Of a stretch of 64,000 bases of DNA, positions 14,041 to 27,505 are shown piece by piece. Each line of letters opens with the position of its first letter. The stretch's first letter is position 1. This stretch comes from Camelus dromedarius (Eukaryota). The notes below the pieces were generated by a model. That model worked only from the letters and a program-made list of their open reading frames with translations, was not told the origin of the DNA and did not search any database. The stretch spans positions 71,116,001-71,180,000 of the forward strand of contig NC_087436.1 in NCBI RefSeq assembly GCF_036321535.1, in the 5' to 3' direction. The position numbers and the translations under genes are program-made.

Positions 14041-14829
14041 TGATAAAAGTTCACTTAGTTGCAGAGACTGGAGACGCGTTCAAGTACCTGGAGAAACTGG
14101 GTGTATTGTAAGGCTACACATGGGCGTCTCAGGGAAAGCAGGAGTATCAGTAGTTCACACTCCAAATGCTTTTCTTCCCCCCAGCAGAACGTGATGCTGG
14201 AGATCGGGGACCCATCCATTTCCAATTAAGGTCCCTAGGAGTATATCCTCGGCTCTGAAATCTGAAACTCTCATCCTTTGATGTACTATATGGTCACCAG
14301 GCTGTCTCAAATAAGAATCAAGTGATGTTGCTCCAGAGATTTGAAGTAACATGAATGCCTTTGATAAAAAATACTGAGATAAGTAATATCTGATGTTCAG
14401 GGGAACTAAGGCAGGGTTCTATAGGGTGTGAGAAAAGAGGATGATTAGGGAAAGACACTTCACACACATCAGTGAGTTCTACAATGGTTTTGTCTTATAA
14501 AGCTATGCATAGGATTAAGCAGTTTTAGTCTGCCCGTGGTAACTCATGCCAGGGCTCAGCAGAATTTTGTGGGACATTTTGGTTGCCTAAGTTAACCTTC
14601 CTCACCCATGTCAATACACCCTCCTTGCTGACTAATCCACAAGAATGCACCCCCAAAGTCATAGCGTGTTTTGTAGTCACATCTCTGTAATGAAAAAAAT
14701 TCCTATTTTGCTATTCATTTTAGCCATCTTCTTAACTTCTTAACTGTAGGTTATGTAAAAATTAGCAACAGAATAGGGAGAAGAATATGAAATTTGGATA
14801 TTGCCTGATCTTGCCAGATTATTCATACC

Positions 14830-15310
14830 ACTTTGGCTGCAAAGTAAACAAATTAGCACTATCTCCATGACTTAAAATAAAATAACAGAAATTTATTCTT
14901 TCACAATTCAGGAGGTCAGAATTCAAAATCAAGGTGTTGGCAGGGCCACACTTCATTCAGAGGCTCTAGGGCAGAATTCATTCATCACCTCTTCCAGTTT
15001 CTCATGGCCACCAGCATTCTTTGACTGGGGGAGCCACACCATTCCAATCTTCAAGGCCACATTCTTCAGATCTCTCCCTGCTCCACCTTGACACCACCTT
15101 CTCTACTGTGTGTGTGGTCCAATCTCCCTCTGCCTCCCTGTTACAGAGATACATGTGATTGCATTTAGGACAATTTAGATAATCCAGTTTAACCTCTCCA
15201 GCTCAAGGCCCTTAATGTAACCACATTTGCAAAGATCTTTTTTTTTCTCTTGTCATCTAAGATAACATTCACGGGTACCAAGGTTTAGGACATGGGGGCC
15301 CGTTTTCAGC
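14830..15310 (-). mobile_element. MLT1 (MaLR) LTR
   Basis: AACAGAAATTTATTCTTTCACAATTCAGGAGGTCAGAA...AAATCAAGGTGTTGGCAGGGCCA...CACATTTGCAAAGA. Confidence 0.8.
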
Positions 15311-16312
15311 CTTCCCCTCTTCAGAGTGTGGAGACACAAGAGGGTCCTCGTGCTGGCTCTGTCAGGTACTACTGAGAAGACTCAGGGAAAATGACTCAAC
15401 TTCTCTGCTTCATGAGAAAAATATCATCTTCATTTAACCTATTTAACATTCATTTTTTTCAATTGGTGTAAGATAATATAACCTTGATTTTAAGATCTAT
15501 GTTTGTTTTGATTTTGTTTTTGAAGTCAGATTGTCACTTGTAATCAACATGCACATTTTCTGTGGTAGTTTTACAACCCACTGCCCATGAAAAAAGGTGA
15601 AATTAAATCAACAAAGCTTCACAGTTGATAGGCTCTCATAAAAAATGAAGTATGTTAATATCTATCTACCAGGATAATTATGAGGACTTGGAAGTCAATG
15701 GCTAAATCATACAAAGAGAGGTGTGTTACATCTAGCAGAAAACAGTGTTCTGGTCACAAGAGTGGCGATTCTAATGTGTCAAGAATAATTTTATGATTAT
15801 CTTCACTTGAGGATTTTTTTTAAGTCACTTTGACTAGAGATTAAGTCTATTTTTTATTTTTATGAACCACAAATGGGTAATAATTTTGACCAGTCAACAA
15901 AACTGACCACTGAAAACTTTCATTTCTAACTTGAACCAGACTCTTCCCTCATGTAAGATAGAATGCATGAGCCAATGACTGGAATTCGAGTTCCACTCCT
16001 CTCATGAAATCATACATCTTATTCCCTCCAGGCCCATGAGGTAGAAACAAAGATGATTAACCAAGACATCTAAGCTCATTTTGCAGAGTACAGAGGAAAA
16101 GGCAGCTAAGGAAACAGCATGCTGACAGCCCCCTTGATGGAGCATCGCACAGGCACATTGAAGGACTAGAATGACCCGTTACTGAACTCTAGACATCATG
16201 GCCTGAAAATCCACTGCAGGTGACACACAGGACTACCCCCTGGAATTTGTGCCTGTGATCCATGAAGAGACACGAAAGACAGTCATGCCTGCAGAGGACT
16301 CTAGCCTCTTGA

Positions 16313-16510
16313 CGGCAGGTCTGGGGGCCACGTGCTCTTGATCATCAAGTAGTTCATTTCTTCCCTTTGGTGGTGGTTTTTCAGCTTCTGAAAAACTCAG
16401 GAAATATGCAGGAGATACTGTTGCCTGGGTCCTTCAGGGAGGAGCTACCGCAGAGGATATGGGGGAGGGGTATGTCCTGGGAAGGCCCCACATGGTCCTG
16501 CTCGGTGTCA
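16313..16510 (-). mobile_element. Partial ERV1 LTR (5' part), same family as 23721-24108
   Basis: Shares ~90 bp (GGTCTGGGGG...ATCATCAAGTAGTT...CTGAAAAACTCAGGAA) with the 24 kb copy; ends GGTCCTGCTCGGTGTCA. Confidence 0.7.
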
Positions 16511-16563
16511 CCTGGACACCAGGGAGTCTAGAAACTGAAGACTAGTGCCTTGACCATGCCAGA

Positions 16564-17061
16564 TGTTGAGACTGTGAATGAAAAATACTGCAAACTGTAT
16601 CAGTAAACAAAGAATGCTGAAGCCATCAAGTCATCAGCCGTTGATGCCACCCGCCAGTGAAGACAAGGCTGCAGCCCAGCCTCTGCAGCCACTCACAATG
16701 GTGCACCCTGAGGGGACTCAGAATAAGAAAGGACAGGACACTGGCCCTAGATAGCTAGGTGCTTGTCAAACGAATGAATTCAATGAGCCCAAATGTTTGC
16801 TTCCTCCCATACATAGAAAAGCACTTAATTCTTTGACTTGAGATACCTCATTTTCTTTAGTTAACAAGTAATCTTTTAATGTTCCAACTACCTGGTCTTT
16901 GTTGTAAAGCTCCTATATATCCCAGCTCCTCCCCTGCCTCTTCGGAGAAGTTCCTCAGAGCGATCTGAGAGGCTGTCATCCTAGGCTCGAACCCCTCAGA
17001 AATGTCTGCCAATTAAAACATAACTCTCAAATTTTAGGCTGTGCATTTATTTCAGTTGATG
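16564..17061 (+). mobile_element. Solo ERV LTR
   Basis: Starts TGTTGA; TATATAT box near 16914; ATTAAAACATAACTCTCAA...TTTCAGTTGA end typical of artiodactyl ERV1 LTRs. Confidence 0.7.
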
Positions 17062-17799
17062 AGTTCATGTCAAAGTCTTAAAATTAACGATGATAGGATT
17101 TAGAAAATAACCTTATATAATGACAGAAGTTGTTGAGGAAACTGGAGGCTTATTTTTAAACAAAGCTCTTTTCTGCCAGGAAAAAGATAGACTATTATAG
17201 CTAAGAACAATGGAATAAGAGAAAAGGAGACTCAATTATTTTAAAGGATAAATTTCATAAAAATCAGGGATGGCAAAGAGGAATGGATTTATCAATAGAA
17301 TAAAATGTTGTATACCCTTGATAATGGTTAGCAGATGTTCAGAAGCTAAGAAAGTTGATTTCCATTAGAAAAATTAAAAAAATTGATAATTGATCACTGA
17401 ACCTCAAAATGTTAAATTGGGAAACGAAGATCAAGGATTTCAAGCAGTAGCGATGGGACAGAACGAATCATTTGGAATGAGTACAGATGTGCTGAGGTTA
17501 TATACAATATGAAACTGAAAGAATATAGGACTTTCTATTTATGTGAAGCCAGCTTAGGAATAGAAGACAAGGAAAATGAGCGTTATACAAAGAAATAAAG
17601 ATATTACATACAAAATAACTAAGCAGACTAAGGCAAGTGTGTTCTGAATTTTTCCTTCCTTTTATACTATCTATCATGAGAAATTGCACAAGGCACATAA
17701 CCACCACAGCACGTGTTTTCATGTCACAACGGTGGAGATGGTAGAGTGTCAGCAGAGGGTAAGTAACTTGGAGAAGGTACTTGGTGATCAAGAGAAAGA

Positions 17800-18030
17800 A
17801 CTGTGGAGCCTGGCTCCTGTTAGGACTCAAGTAGGACTCTGGGAGGTCTTCCCCTTGTAGGGGAGGACTTTATAACAAAGTTACGTCTAGCCTAAACCAC
17901 ACTGTCCTCCGCTATAAGCATGCAGCAGTCGTGGTACACACCTCACAGCGCTGTTGTGAGAACTAATGACGTAATGTAGCAAAAGGGCTTCACTCAGTGC
18001 TTGGTGTGGATGTATTAAGCTTGATAAATG
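17800..18030 (-). mobile_element. MIR SINE
   Basis: ACCTCACAGCGCTGTTGTGAGAACTAATGACGTAATGTAGCAAAAGGGCTT..CAGTGCTTGG. Confidence 0.6.
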
Positions 18031-19396
18031 TTACCTGTAGTAGTGGATTCATTCTCCTTGGGTATGCATTTTTTAATTAAAATTTCTAATATTTTTATTT
18101 CTCATTGCAACAAATTTTTAGATTGTATCATAAATTTAGTATTCCATGTTTTAGAAGAAAATTCTAGACAGTACAGTTTCATAATATATGCATATAAAAC
18201 CTACACAACATTTGCATTCAACTAGATGTGTATTTAATAGTTATCATTGTCAAAAAAAGAAATCTAATTTTTTAATCTCAGGATGTATGTTTTCGAGGGC
18301 TGTTAATGGGAGCGACATGGTAGAAGCAAAATGTCAGCCAAAAGATGGTTCTTCATTATTTTTTCCTTAAATAATTAATTGGTTAATTAATTAATATTAG
18401 TGGAACACTGAATTTAAATATTAGGCAGAAAGCAAGTTCTGAGGGTTGGATTTGAAGACAGGAGATGAGGTAGTCAGGATAAAGGAGGAAAGAAGAAAGG
18501 CACATAAAGTGCAAACAGAAGACAAATGGCCCGAGGCCCCGCTGTACCCTATAATCTTACTTAAATTAGCTCATCTGTTTCCAGGGCATTCTGCTATCCC
18601 AAGAATAACACCAGGCCACCACTAATAACAGTGACTCTGGGTCAGGCATGCAGACATGATTTTATTTAGCCCTGACAAATAATCCTACAAATATTTTTCA
18701 TACCCCCTACTTATAGATGAAACTGAGGCACTGAGTATTAAATACCCAATAAGTGATAATCCATGAGTTAAGCCAAAATCTATGTGACCCCAAAGCTCAT
18801 GCCACACTTTCTCAAGAAAGAAAAGATGAAAGGGGGAGCAGAGCAGCCTCCCACGGTCACCCCAAGGGCTGCTGAGATGCTGACGCTCAGAGTGGTCCCG
18901 CTCCACTCATGAACGCGTACCCGAACCACGTGACAGTGCTGCTCCCTGAAGCACACTGGGAAATACACCTCCCACCAAGGGAGACGGAAGACTCGTAAGA
19001 AGAGAAGCAAAATCAGTGACCTCCGTCATGCTCTTTTTTGACCCCGGTGCAGACAGTTTCATCTAATAATTATGTCTATTTAAAGGGAAAAAAATTGCTA
19101 GTAAAAATATCCCTGTAATAAAAGACCTAGCAAATAGACGCAGAGCCCTGAGGCTTGAAGTGACCCTTTTGAAATAAAATTTGAGATATGAATTTTAATT
19201 AATTGAACAAATATTTTAATAGTATATGTGGGTTGAAACTCAGTGAAGCACTGTTTCCTACTGGGCCAGAAACTGCAATTATTTAACTTCTGTTTCTACT
19301 AATAAATAAAATTTGTTTTTATTAGTACAAATATACCACATTGAATGTGAGGACTCATTAGCTCTGTCCGCAAAAGCTGTGACAGTACAGGCATAC

Positions 19397-19926
19397 TGTT
19401 CTTTGTCCCTAGAAATGGTTTCTGGGGAGCCTGCTGGCACTCTCTGGAGTCATAAAACCCGTGGGCTCTCTGTGTGCCGGGAGCCCACTGACATCTTAAC
19501 CCCCACTCCCCACTGCAGGACCTTCCCATACTTGCATTTCTGCAGAATAAAAATATCTCTTGATGTGTGTTTACCCTAACAAAGCTAAACCGCCCCAGGA
19601 AGTAGCCTTTCTCACAAAACGCTAGGCGGACAGGTTCACATCCTGCCCTTATCAGAGTCATAAAACCTACTGTTCAGCGAAGTCCCTGACAGATCTTACA
19701 ACCAACCAGGTAGCTGTGCATGAACGATCACGCAGTCCCCCACTCCTTGTGTGCACAGCCGCCTCCCCCAGTAAAAGTCCCTGCTCGGCCACCCTCATGA
19801 GGCACCTCCGTGTGGCCCGCTGTTACCTATAGCTGTGCACCTGTTAAACTCTCCTAAACTCTTCTTGGTCTCTGGTAATTCTTTACCAACCCGAGTGTCA
19901 CCATTGCCACGTTGTGTCCCACAACA
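19397..19926 (+). mobile_element. Probable solo ERV LTR
   Basis: LTR-like composition; 3' end GGTAATTCTTTACCAACCCG...CCCACAACA; 5' boundary uncertain. Confidence 0.55.
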
Positions 19927-22900
19927 GTTTCCCTTTGCTCACCTACAGGATCTGTAGGCCGTGTGAAGAAAGAGGGAAAGGTAATAGGGTTGCTTCTGTG
20001 GACATGCCGTCCTAACCTGGCCCGGTTTCTTCGTTCCCGTAACACCCAGTGAGCACCTCGTCCACTGAACACCAATCTCTACGTCTGTGTCACCCACCAC
20101 AGAGAATGTGACGATCCAGTGTTGGGAATACAAAGGTGAGCAAGACAGGTAGTTCCTTCCTCCTGCAGAGTGTATTCCAGCAGGGGACAGACGTGAATAA
20201 CAGAACGAAACACAACCAGATGACAAACAAAATGATATGAAAGTGCTGTGCCGGATAATACAACAAGGAGAACAAAAGGAGCCCTCACATAGCTGTGGGG
20301 ACAGGGAAAGATGTTTCAGCGGAACTAGCATTTTTCTCATGCTGAGAACGAAAGGCTGAGAAGAAAATATTTAAAGAAAGTGAGAAAGAGCCTTCCAGGA
20401 GGAGGAAACAGCAAGTTTCCTGCAGTAGGGGAGGTTTCGGGGCATCGAAGGAACTGTAAAACATCTTTCTGGGTGAAAAATAGTGGGGGACGGGAGGAAG
20501 GATCAAAATGAACTTGCAGTGATGGATGGACCAGGCCATGGAGGACCATACAAGCCATACTTGGAGACAGCATTCTGACGTGGTTCAGATGGAGGGGACT
20601 ATGGTTTTGATTGGAGGCCTAAGAAAAATTACTTTAATTAAGCTGGAGAATGTGGGTTGTCAAGAAAACACTTAAGAGGTTATTATACCATCCAGGTGAG
20701 TGATGGTAGCCAAGACTCAGGTGCCTTCTACAATTAGGAATCCAATAAATGGCGGTTAGAGAGATGAATGAATTACAGTTCTATCTAATCAAAAAGTCGA
20801 ACAGTCAAGGTGTCAGGACCGTGTCCTTTGGAAGATGTACTCCAAGAGTGGGAAGCAAATATTGAAACTCACTGCTTCACTGGTTTAGTGGAAGCACAAA
20901 TATTCCAGAGATTAATATAAGACCCAAATGACGAGGAAACGCTCAATAATGAATAAGGTCCTCATATGTGTAGATACTTCATCTTACTGTAGAGCCCTTC
21001 ATGTCAGAGTAATTGTTTGAATTTGCTCTTTATAGTGAACACTTCACTTGTGTGACATTTCAAGTGCAATCAAAAACATTATGACCATACCTGAACCTGG
21101 TCTGACGTCTCAGGATCAAAGTTAACACTTAGTGAGGACCTACCAGGAACTCAGCACAGCCTTTTCCTTCGTTATCTCACAAGAGTACTGTGAAGTGGAT
21201 CTAATCACCTTCATTTTAAAGACAAGGAACTAGATACTCAAAACCTTTAAGTATGTCTCTCATAAATGACAGTATGAATTCTGCTCCAGGTTTGCCTATA
21301 TTTCTACCACATACTGACTCTTAATTGCAATTTGTCACAAATCGAGAGGCTGTCTGAGGGCAAATTAAGCTTCTTAATTTGTACAGATTAGAGTTATTTG
21401 AATCTATGCATAATTTGCTGATTTATATAAAGGAGTCAATTAAATTCCTGTCTTTATTACCATCCAATCTAATTTAGGGAGCCGTATCTTTAGTCCCCTA
21501 TGGTTGGGAGATGAGAAGTAAAATAGCCACAAAATCCACTAACTTTTGAATTTACTACTAGTATTTTAAAATTTGCAACTTCTGAATTCTGGAGTCTAAA
21601 GGCAAGTATTTCTATGGCTAACCTTAAGTGGATTCTCACCTATTCCACTTTCAAAGATTTCACAACTTACTTAAATATATCAAAGGCTATGTCAAGTTCT
21701 GCACCTAAGAAATCTTTTTAATTTTGTTTTATCAGACCTTTCTTTTCCAGTTATTTTGATCATACTTCTAAGATATGTTTTGGCTTTTACTCTTTTTTTC
21801 TTGTGCACAAGCATTTTTAAGCCTCATCAACAAGCATTATTTTAAGCCCAACACTATGGACCCTGTAGAGTAAGCAAGATGCAGTGTTAGTTCTGGAGCA
21901 AGCGTTCACTTGAGTTTATCTCTTTTCTTACAACTTTCTCAGAGTACATTGTCTTCTACATTCATTTTAATTCCAAACCTCTTAAGTGTTAACCTTCATC
22001 ATCTGTTTAGAAAGAGGGTTAAATGAGGCTTACTTGAGAAAGTGTTTTATGAACTCACTCTTCTGGCCAATTCAAATGCAAGCTTTCATGATTATTGCCA
22101 GCATGTTACACCTGCTTGCTACAGTGACAGTGTGTGTGTTTTTGTGTCCATGAGGACAGGTTTTCTTCCTTTGACTTGTTCTTGCTTGTGTGTATGATGA
22201 GCCATCAGAAATTGTAAGGCGACCCAGAGCTCACATTCCAAAAAACTGTTGACACCTCTGAGTTCCACCTTCAAATTTAAAGCCACCTAACATTTGACCA
22301 GAAATGAGTTTTGTGACTGTGTATGACTCATCCGTGGCCTTTCAAAAGGCAGCTTTTGCCAGAGGTAGTTTGCAGCTTAAGGTGAAGTACATCTGAACTT
22401 AAACGAAAGCCCAGCTGACTTCTGAGCCTTTGGAGAGGGAGAACATAAGGTTATGTACTTAAACCAGTCCTATCCAAGAGAAGTAACCTATTCCGCTTTG
22501 ATTTTTCTTTTAATATAACAAACTCTAATTTAATAATACTCTCCAAGATTATGTTTCTCTTTATGAAATTTCTAAAAGGAGAGCCAACTCCCCGGGGCAT
22601 GAGCATTGCTCCTAACCAACTTGGCAAGACTTCTAATGGGTCTTCTAGACAGAAATACAGGACAGTCCACTGAATAGACACCTCCCAGAGGTCCACGCAC
22701 AAGGCTCTGCCAGTGACCGTAGTGTTTGCTAGATTTGCGTCTGTTTTGTTCTTTAGGAGTTTTAAGCACAGCGCCCAGGGATGCTCTGCTTCTCACGGGC
22801 CTATCCAATTTTTGAACCCCTCCCCAAAATATTATTTGCTCAGCAAGAGAAAAATAAGAATACAAAATAAAAATTAGTAAATATTTAGGAACAAACAAAA

Positions 22901-23720
22901 TGTAAGTTTACACTCGTCATGTTGTTAAATTTAGTATTCATAATATTTCTTGGGAACTAGTTGTAAATTAGATTTGCTTCACTTTGCAAGAATTTCCATA
23001 TATCCATGGTGATGTGAGGGAAATCAGAGAAAATTATAAACTATTTGAATTGCTCATAGCCATATTTTCAAAACAATATTATAAATAGCCTTTCAATTTT
23101 CTGTATCAAGTATTATATAAAATGTAGGAGGTAGACACATTTTAATATATCAAATACAATGTGGCACAAAGCCAGAAATCTGCTGAGTAATTTCACCTCC
23201 ATCCTTTTTTTCATATCTGATTGATTCCTAAAGAATTAAAATTCATCTTCTAAATACCTAACATCCATCACTCTCTTAACTGCCATCATTTCTCTTCAGG
23301 ATTAAGTGCAAGAGCCTCCTGGTGGTGGAACTGAAGACACCCAGATAGGACAGATGCTTCCATGAAAAAGTGCCTGATGCCTCCTACTAGAGGAAAGAAT
23401 TAGAAGCCAGGAGAGAGAGGGGCCGGGAGTTCTGTGGGGCAGCACAGAGAACTTCAAGAAGCAGCTGTTTGGAATCACGAGGTTTCAGGGAGAGACTTTT
23501 ATAAAGAGGAGTTTTAAAAAATACTTGCTTTTGGTGTATGGCAACCCCCACTCTCCCCTCCTCACCCACGTGGACACTACACTTTCCACAAGACTTCAGT
23601 AAAATGCTTTTGGAGTCTTTAGAAGGTTGGACTGTGCAGGAACAGGAAGGGAAGGGGGTGTATGTGTGTGTACATGTGTATGTGTGTGTGAGAGAGAGAC
23701 ATTCATGAAATAAATAGTAA

Positions 23721-24108
23721 TGTTCCCGAAGGCAGGTTTGTGTGTCAGACACACCATGAGGACAAAAAACTGGAACGTCAGAGTTTGGAGCAGAGAAAGA
23801 TTTATTGCAGGGCTGAGCAAGGAGGATGGGCTGCCTCATGCCCAAGAAAACCCCCAACTCCCTGAAGGGTTTCAGCAAAGCCTATTTAAAGGCCAGGTGA
23901 GGAGGGATGGGTGGTCACAGGATGTGTGATCAGCGCGTGCACAATTCTCTGATTGGCTGATGTGGAGGTAACAGGGCAGGGCGGTCACCACTATCAATCC
24001 CTAGGCGCCAGGTCTGGGGGCTGCGAGCTCTTAATCATCAAGTAGTTAATTAGTAGTTAATTTCTTCCCTTTGGTGGTGGTTTTTTAGCATCTGAAAAAC
24101 TCAGGAAG
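23721..24108 (-). mobile_element. Partial ERV1 LTR (3' part)
   Basis: TGTTCCCGAA terminus; minus-strand AATAAA at 23801-23806; CTGATTGGCTGA CCAAT box; flanked by TAGTAA at 23715 and 24109. Confidence 0.75.
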
Positions 24109-24249
24109 TAGTAAGGAGGAGCTCATTTTGTGGAGTAAGTTTTATGGGACAATAAAGGTGCAATAACAGAAAGAACTGGGATGGGGTTTTGTGGGTTAGG
24201 AGTATAAAAAGTTAAGGAAGGACCCAAAGATATAAAAGAACACCTGAGG

Positions 24250-24565
24250 GACTTTGCACTCGTTCCTTCCTCCTGGAATGTTCTTCCCCAAATTCTCTCA
24301 CCTCCTTCAAGTCTTCCCTCTCCCATCACCTACTAATGAGCACTACCACTGACATCCTGTTTCACCCACGATACGCTTTTATCACCTTTCAACATACTGG
24401 ATAGCAAACCAATGTATTATGACTATTGTTTCTCTATTTCCTCTGCTACAAAGTAAGCTCCAGTCAGAGGGCAGAGATTCTTCCCAGTTTGCACCCTACT
24501 GTGTTCTAAGTACTTAGACCAGTGTCTGGCACACAGTCAGAGCTCCACAGAAATTTGTTGAACCA
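24250..24565 (+). mobile_element. L2 LINE 3' end
   Basis: GTAAGCTCC...GAGGGCAGAGA...CAGTGTCTGGCACACAGT...AAATTTGTTGAA. Confidence 0.7.
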
Positions 24566-25460
24566 TAGTCTTTGGGAAAGCTCTTTCTACCATGTACTTG
24601 GGGCAGAAGACAGGCTACAGTGGGTTCTAGGGTGAATGCTGGACTCCACAGGGAATGAGGAAAAGAAGAGACCATGTCGCTAGGCCACCGTCTTGAGAAG
24701 TTTGGTGGTGAAGAAAGAAAAGAGATCAGATCCTGGCTAATGAGGCAGAAGTAGACTCAAGCAGAAGTCTGATCCTTCTCTGATGATGAGGAAGATGTGA
24801 GTGTGCTTGTAAGTTTCGGGAGTCTGAGTAGGAGAACAGGATAAGATTTCAAGTCGAAGGATGACTATAGAGGGAAGGACGTTACAGAACCAGACCACCC
24901 ACATCACACAAAAGCATTTCTAACAACCATAAAAATCCGAAGCAAAGGCAGAATGAATCAGAGCGGCTGTTGCTTCCGACAGTCTGAGCTCCATGTTGAG
25001 AACATTATACATATGTAAGCTTTCAGCCAGAGGCTGTGTTACCACCTCCAGGCACCATGCAACATCTGAGATGTGAAAATCAGAGTGGAGAAATCCAAAA
25101 GAGAAACCAGAATGGCACATCTCAACATGTAGATAGATCTTCTGGAAATTAGACTAGAAAAAAAGGACTCATCCCAGTATCCAATACACATAAGTGAAGA
25201 TGTCCCACGCAGATAGCTGGACACATTCCTGTGCAGTGTGGACGGTTGCAATGGGCTCATTTGGGAGTATAATATCCTTCACTAATAAGCCTTCAGAGTT
25301 TCTCTCTCAGAATGCATACTTCTGCTCACTTGTTTAGGTTGAGCACATAGACCCTTGCTCATCCCGGGTTAACAGCCTTCCTTTACATTGGAGTCCCTTA
25401 TTTTTACAGAATAGAAGCATACTGGTCATAGACTGAGACAGTTGCTCTACTAATTCCAAT

Positions 25461-25521
25461 TGTTTTTTTAAATTATTATTATTGAAGTATAGTCAGTTTA
25501 CAATGCTGTGTCAACTTCTGG
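25461..25521 (-). mobile_element. Very short (~60 bp) L1 3'-end insertion with 12-bp TSD
   Basis: T-rich tail then ATTGAAGTATAGTCAGTTTACAATG; TSD ACTAATTCCAAT (25449-25460) and ACTAGTTCCAAT (25522-25533). Confidence 0.8.
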
Positions 25522-26636
25522 ACTAGTTCCAATCCTAACCCCAGCTCTACTCAAACTCAGAAGTGAGATCATGGAAAATTCACCTTTGGGCCTTAATGCT
25601 ATCCCTGCAAAATGAGAAGTACCAGACTAGAGCTAAAGGTCCTTTCTGCATCAACATTAGCTAGTTCCTGATGCTGACAAGTATGGTAATGGAGAGATGA
25701 AAAAGCTGAGAACAGAATGGGCACCACAGTCATAACTCCAGGAAATCTGCATTGCGTATCAGAGCCTGAGAGCCTGGAGTAAGTAGTTAGGAAGTCTGTA
25801 CAATGGGCAAAGCAGAGTGCGAGGGACTCGTGAAGAATGCAAAGGAAACAGAGGTTTTTGTTTATCCAGGGACAAAGTGTATAGTATAGTCCAATTATAA
25901 TTGAAGTTTGCATGTAATAGCCACAACCCCTGTCCCGGGCCCCAGAAGAAGGGTGTCACCCATGAAAGAGGATTTGGAGACAGCCAAGTCTGGGGACAGT
26001 CTCCTGTGTGCATGCTGCCGCTGTGGAGAAAGCAGCTCCGCTCATCTTTGGCTTTGTTTGCCAGCTTATGCCTTTTATGAAATGATAGCTGTTACATTAT
26101 ACGCAGTGCTCACACAACTCTCTACTTCAGATCTTGTTTCTGCATTTTTTAGGACACACTGGACACGTTTAGGCGGATGGGACTTTGTGGAAATTGTGAC
26201 CTTGATTTGAAAAAAGTGAAATTGGATCTTGTGGGGTCTTTTGGTCATCTATACAAAGATATACAAGTTTTTAAAAAGAGTATCTGGAAGAAATAATCAT
26301 TGCAAACTTTTATTGAACACTTGATGCCTGCTAAGCCCTGTGTTCATGGTTTTTCCTAAATTATTTAATTTTGTGCTCAAACAGCCCCATGAATTATTAC
26401 CATCCTCATTTTATAGATGAAAAGACTAAGGCTTAGGCACATTGTCATTCACTCAAGTCACAATTAGTTTGCTACAGAACCAGCATTTGAACCAGCAGTC
26501 TGACTTCAGTGCCCACACCCTCAGTCAGGGCACCATAGCTTCTTGTGGCCTTTAGGTCTATTATCTGTTTGTCATAGGAACACATCAACTGGCCCTTTAT
26601 CTTCCACAATGGAGAAGTTTGTTTTCACCTTTGAAC

Positions 26637-27201
26637 TGTTAGGCAGTTAGACAGAAAAAAGCACTGGGCCGGGGAGAGGAAGGGGAAAGGAACAACCCAG
26701 AAAATTACAGTATGTCTGCATTCAGGATAAGGGACTCTAGAAACTTCTACTTTCTCTAAATGAGGGCCGGCAGAAGAAGCCGGCTAAAATCAAAATGCTG
26801 CAGCTGCGCATAAGTGAAGGACCCAGCGTAACTTGATCCAATGGACCTGCCCAAAAGGGGGATGGGTGTGCCAGAGCACGAGGAACCTCAGTTGTCAATC
26901 AACCTGAGCACAAGGAACCTGAGCTGTCAATCAGCCTGCTCACTCAAAGAACCTGAGCTGTTACTCAATCACAAAAACGCCCCTAAGCCAGGATATAAGC
27001 CGGAAAAACAAAGGAGCGGCGCCATTTTTTCCTCTCTTGGATTGGCCTGCTCCCAAGTCTCGGGAGTGTACTATCTTTTACCATCTTTTGCTTTACTAAA
27101 AATCTTCCTTATATCACGCTTTTTGTCTTTCTTTAAAAATTCTTTTTTTTTTCGGGTGACTAAGAACCGAGGTAAGTCTTATTTCCCTTTTCCCGGTAAC
27201 A
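26637..27201 (+). mobile_element. Solo ERV1-class LTR, copy 1 (565 bp)
   Basis: TGTTA...TAACA termini; 4-bp TSD GAAC on both sides. Confidence 0.9.
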
Positions 27202-27474
27202 GAACTGCTAATGACAGTCTCTCCCTCTAAGTCTCCACAAGCAACTAATTTGAAAAGAATTATTCTTTGCATGGCTACAGTTGGAATTTTAGCATCACTT
27301 GTTTATTCAGTAGTGGGTTGTAGAAGAGCTTTGTTATTTGGGTTCAAGCTTCTGGAGCGATCCTGTAGGGCAGGATATTAGCACTTGTGATATGAGTATG
27401 AATAACACTTGGCTGTGAATAATTGCTTTGATCCCTGACAACAGAATACTTTGAGTTATTTTTTTAGTAGTTAA

Positions 27475-27502
<28 letters not shown>
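27475..27502. repeat. (CA)n microsatellite
   Basis: Seen directly. Confidence 0.9.

Positions 27503-27505
<3 letters not shown>

Noticed and set aside
23387..23929. 163-aa and overlapping ORFs
   Set aside because: They span an LTR and a TG repeat, with no coherent protein signature or splice context
26841..27230. 129-aa ORF
   Set aside because: Lies almost entirely within an LTR and has no recognisable protein features
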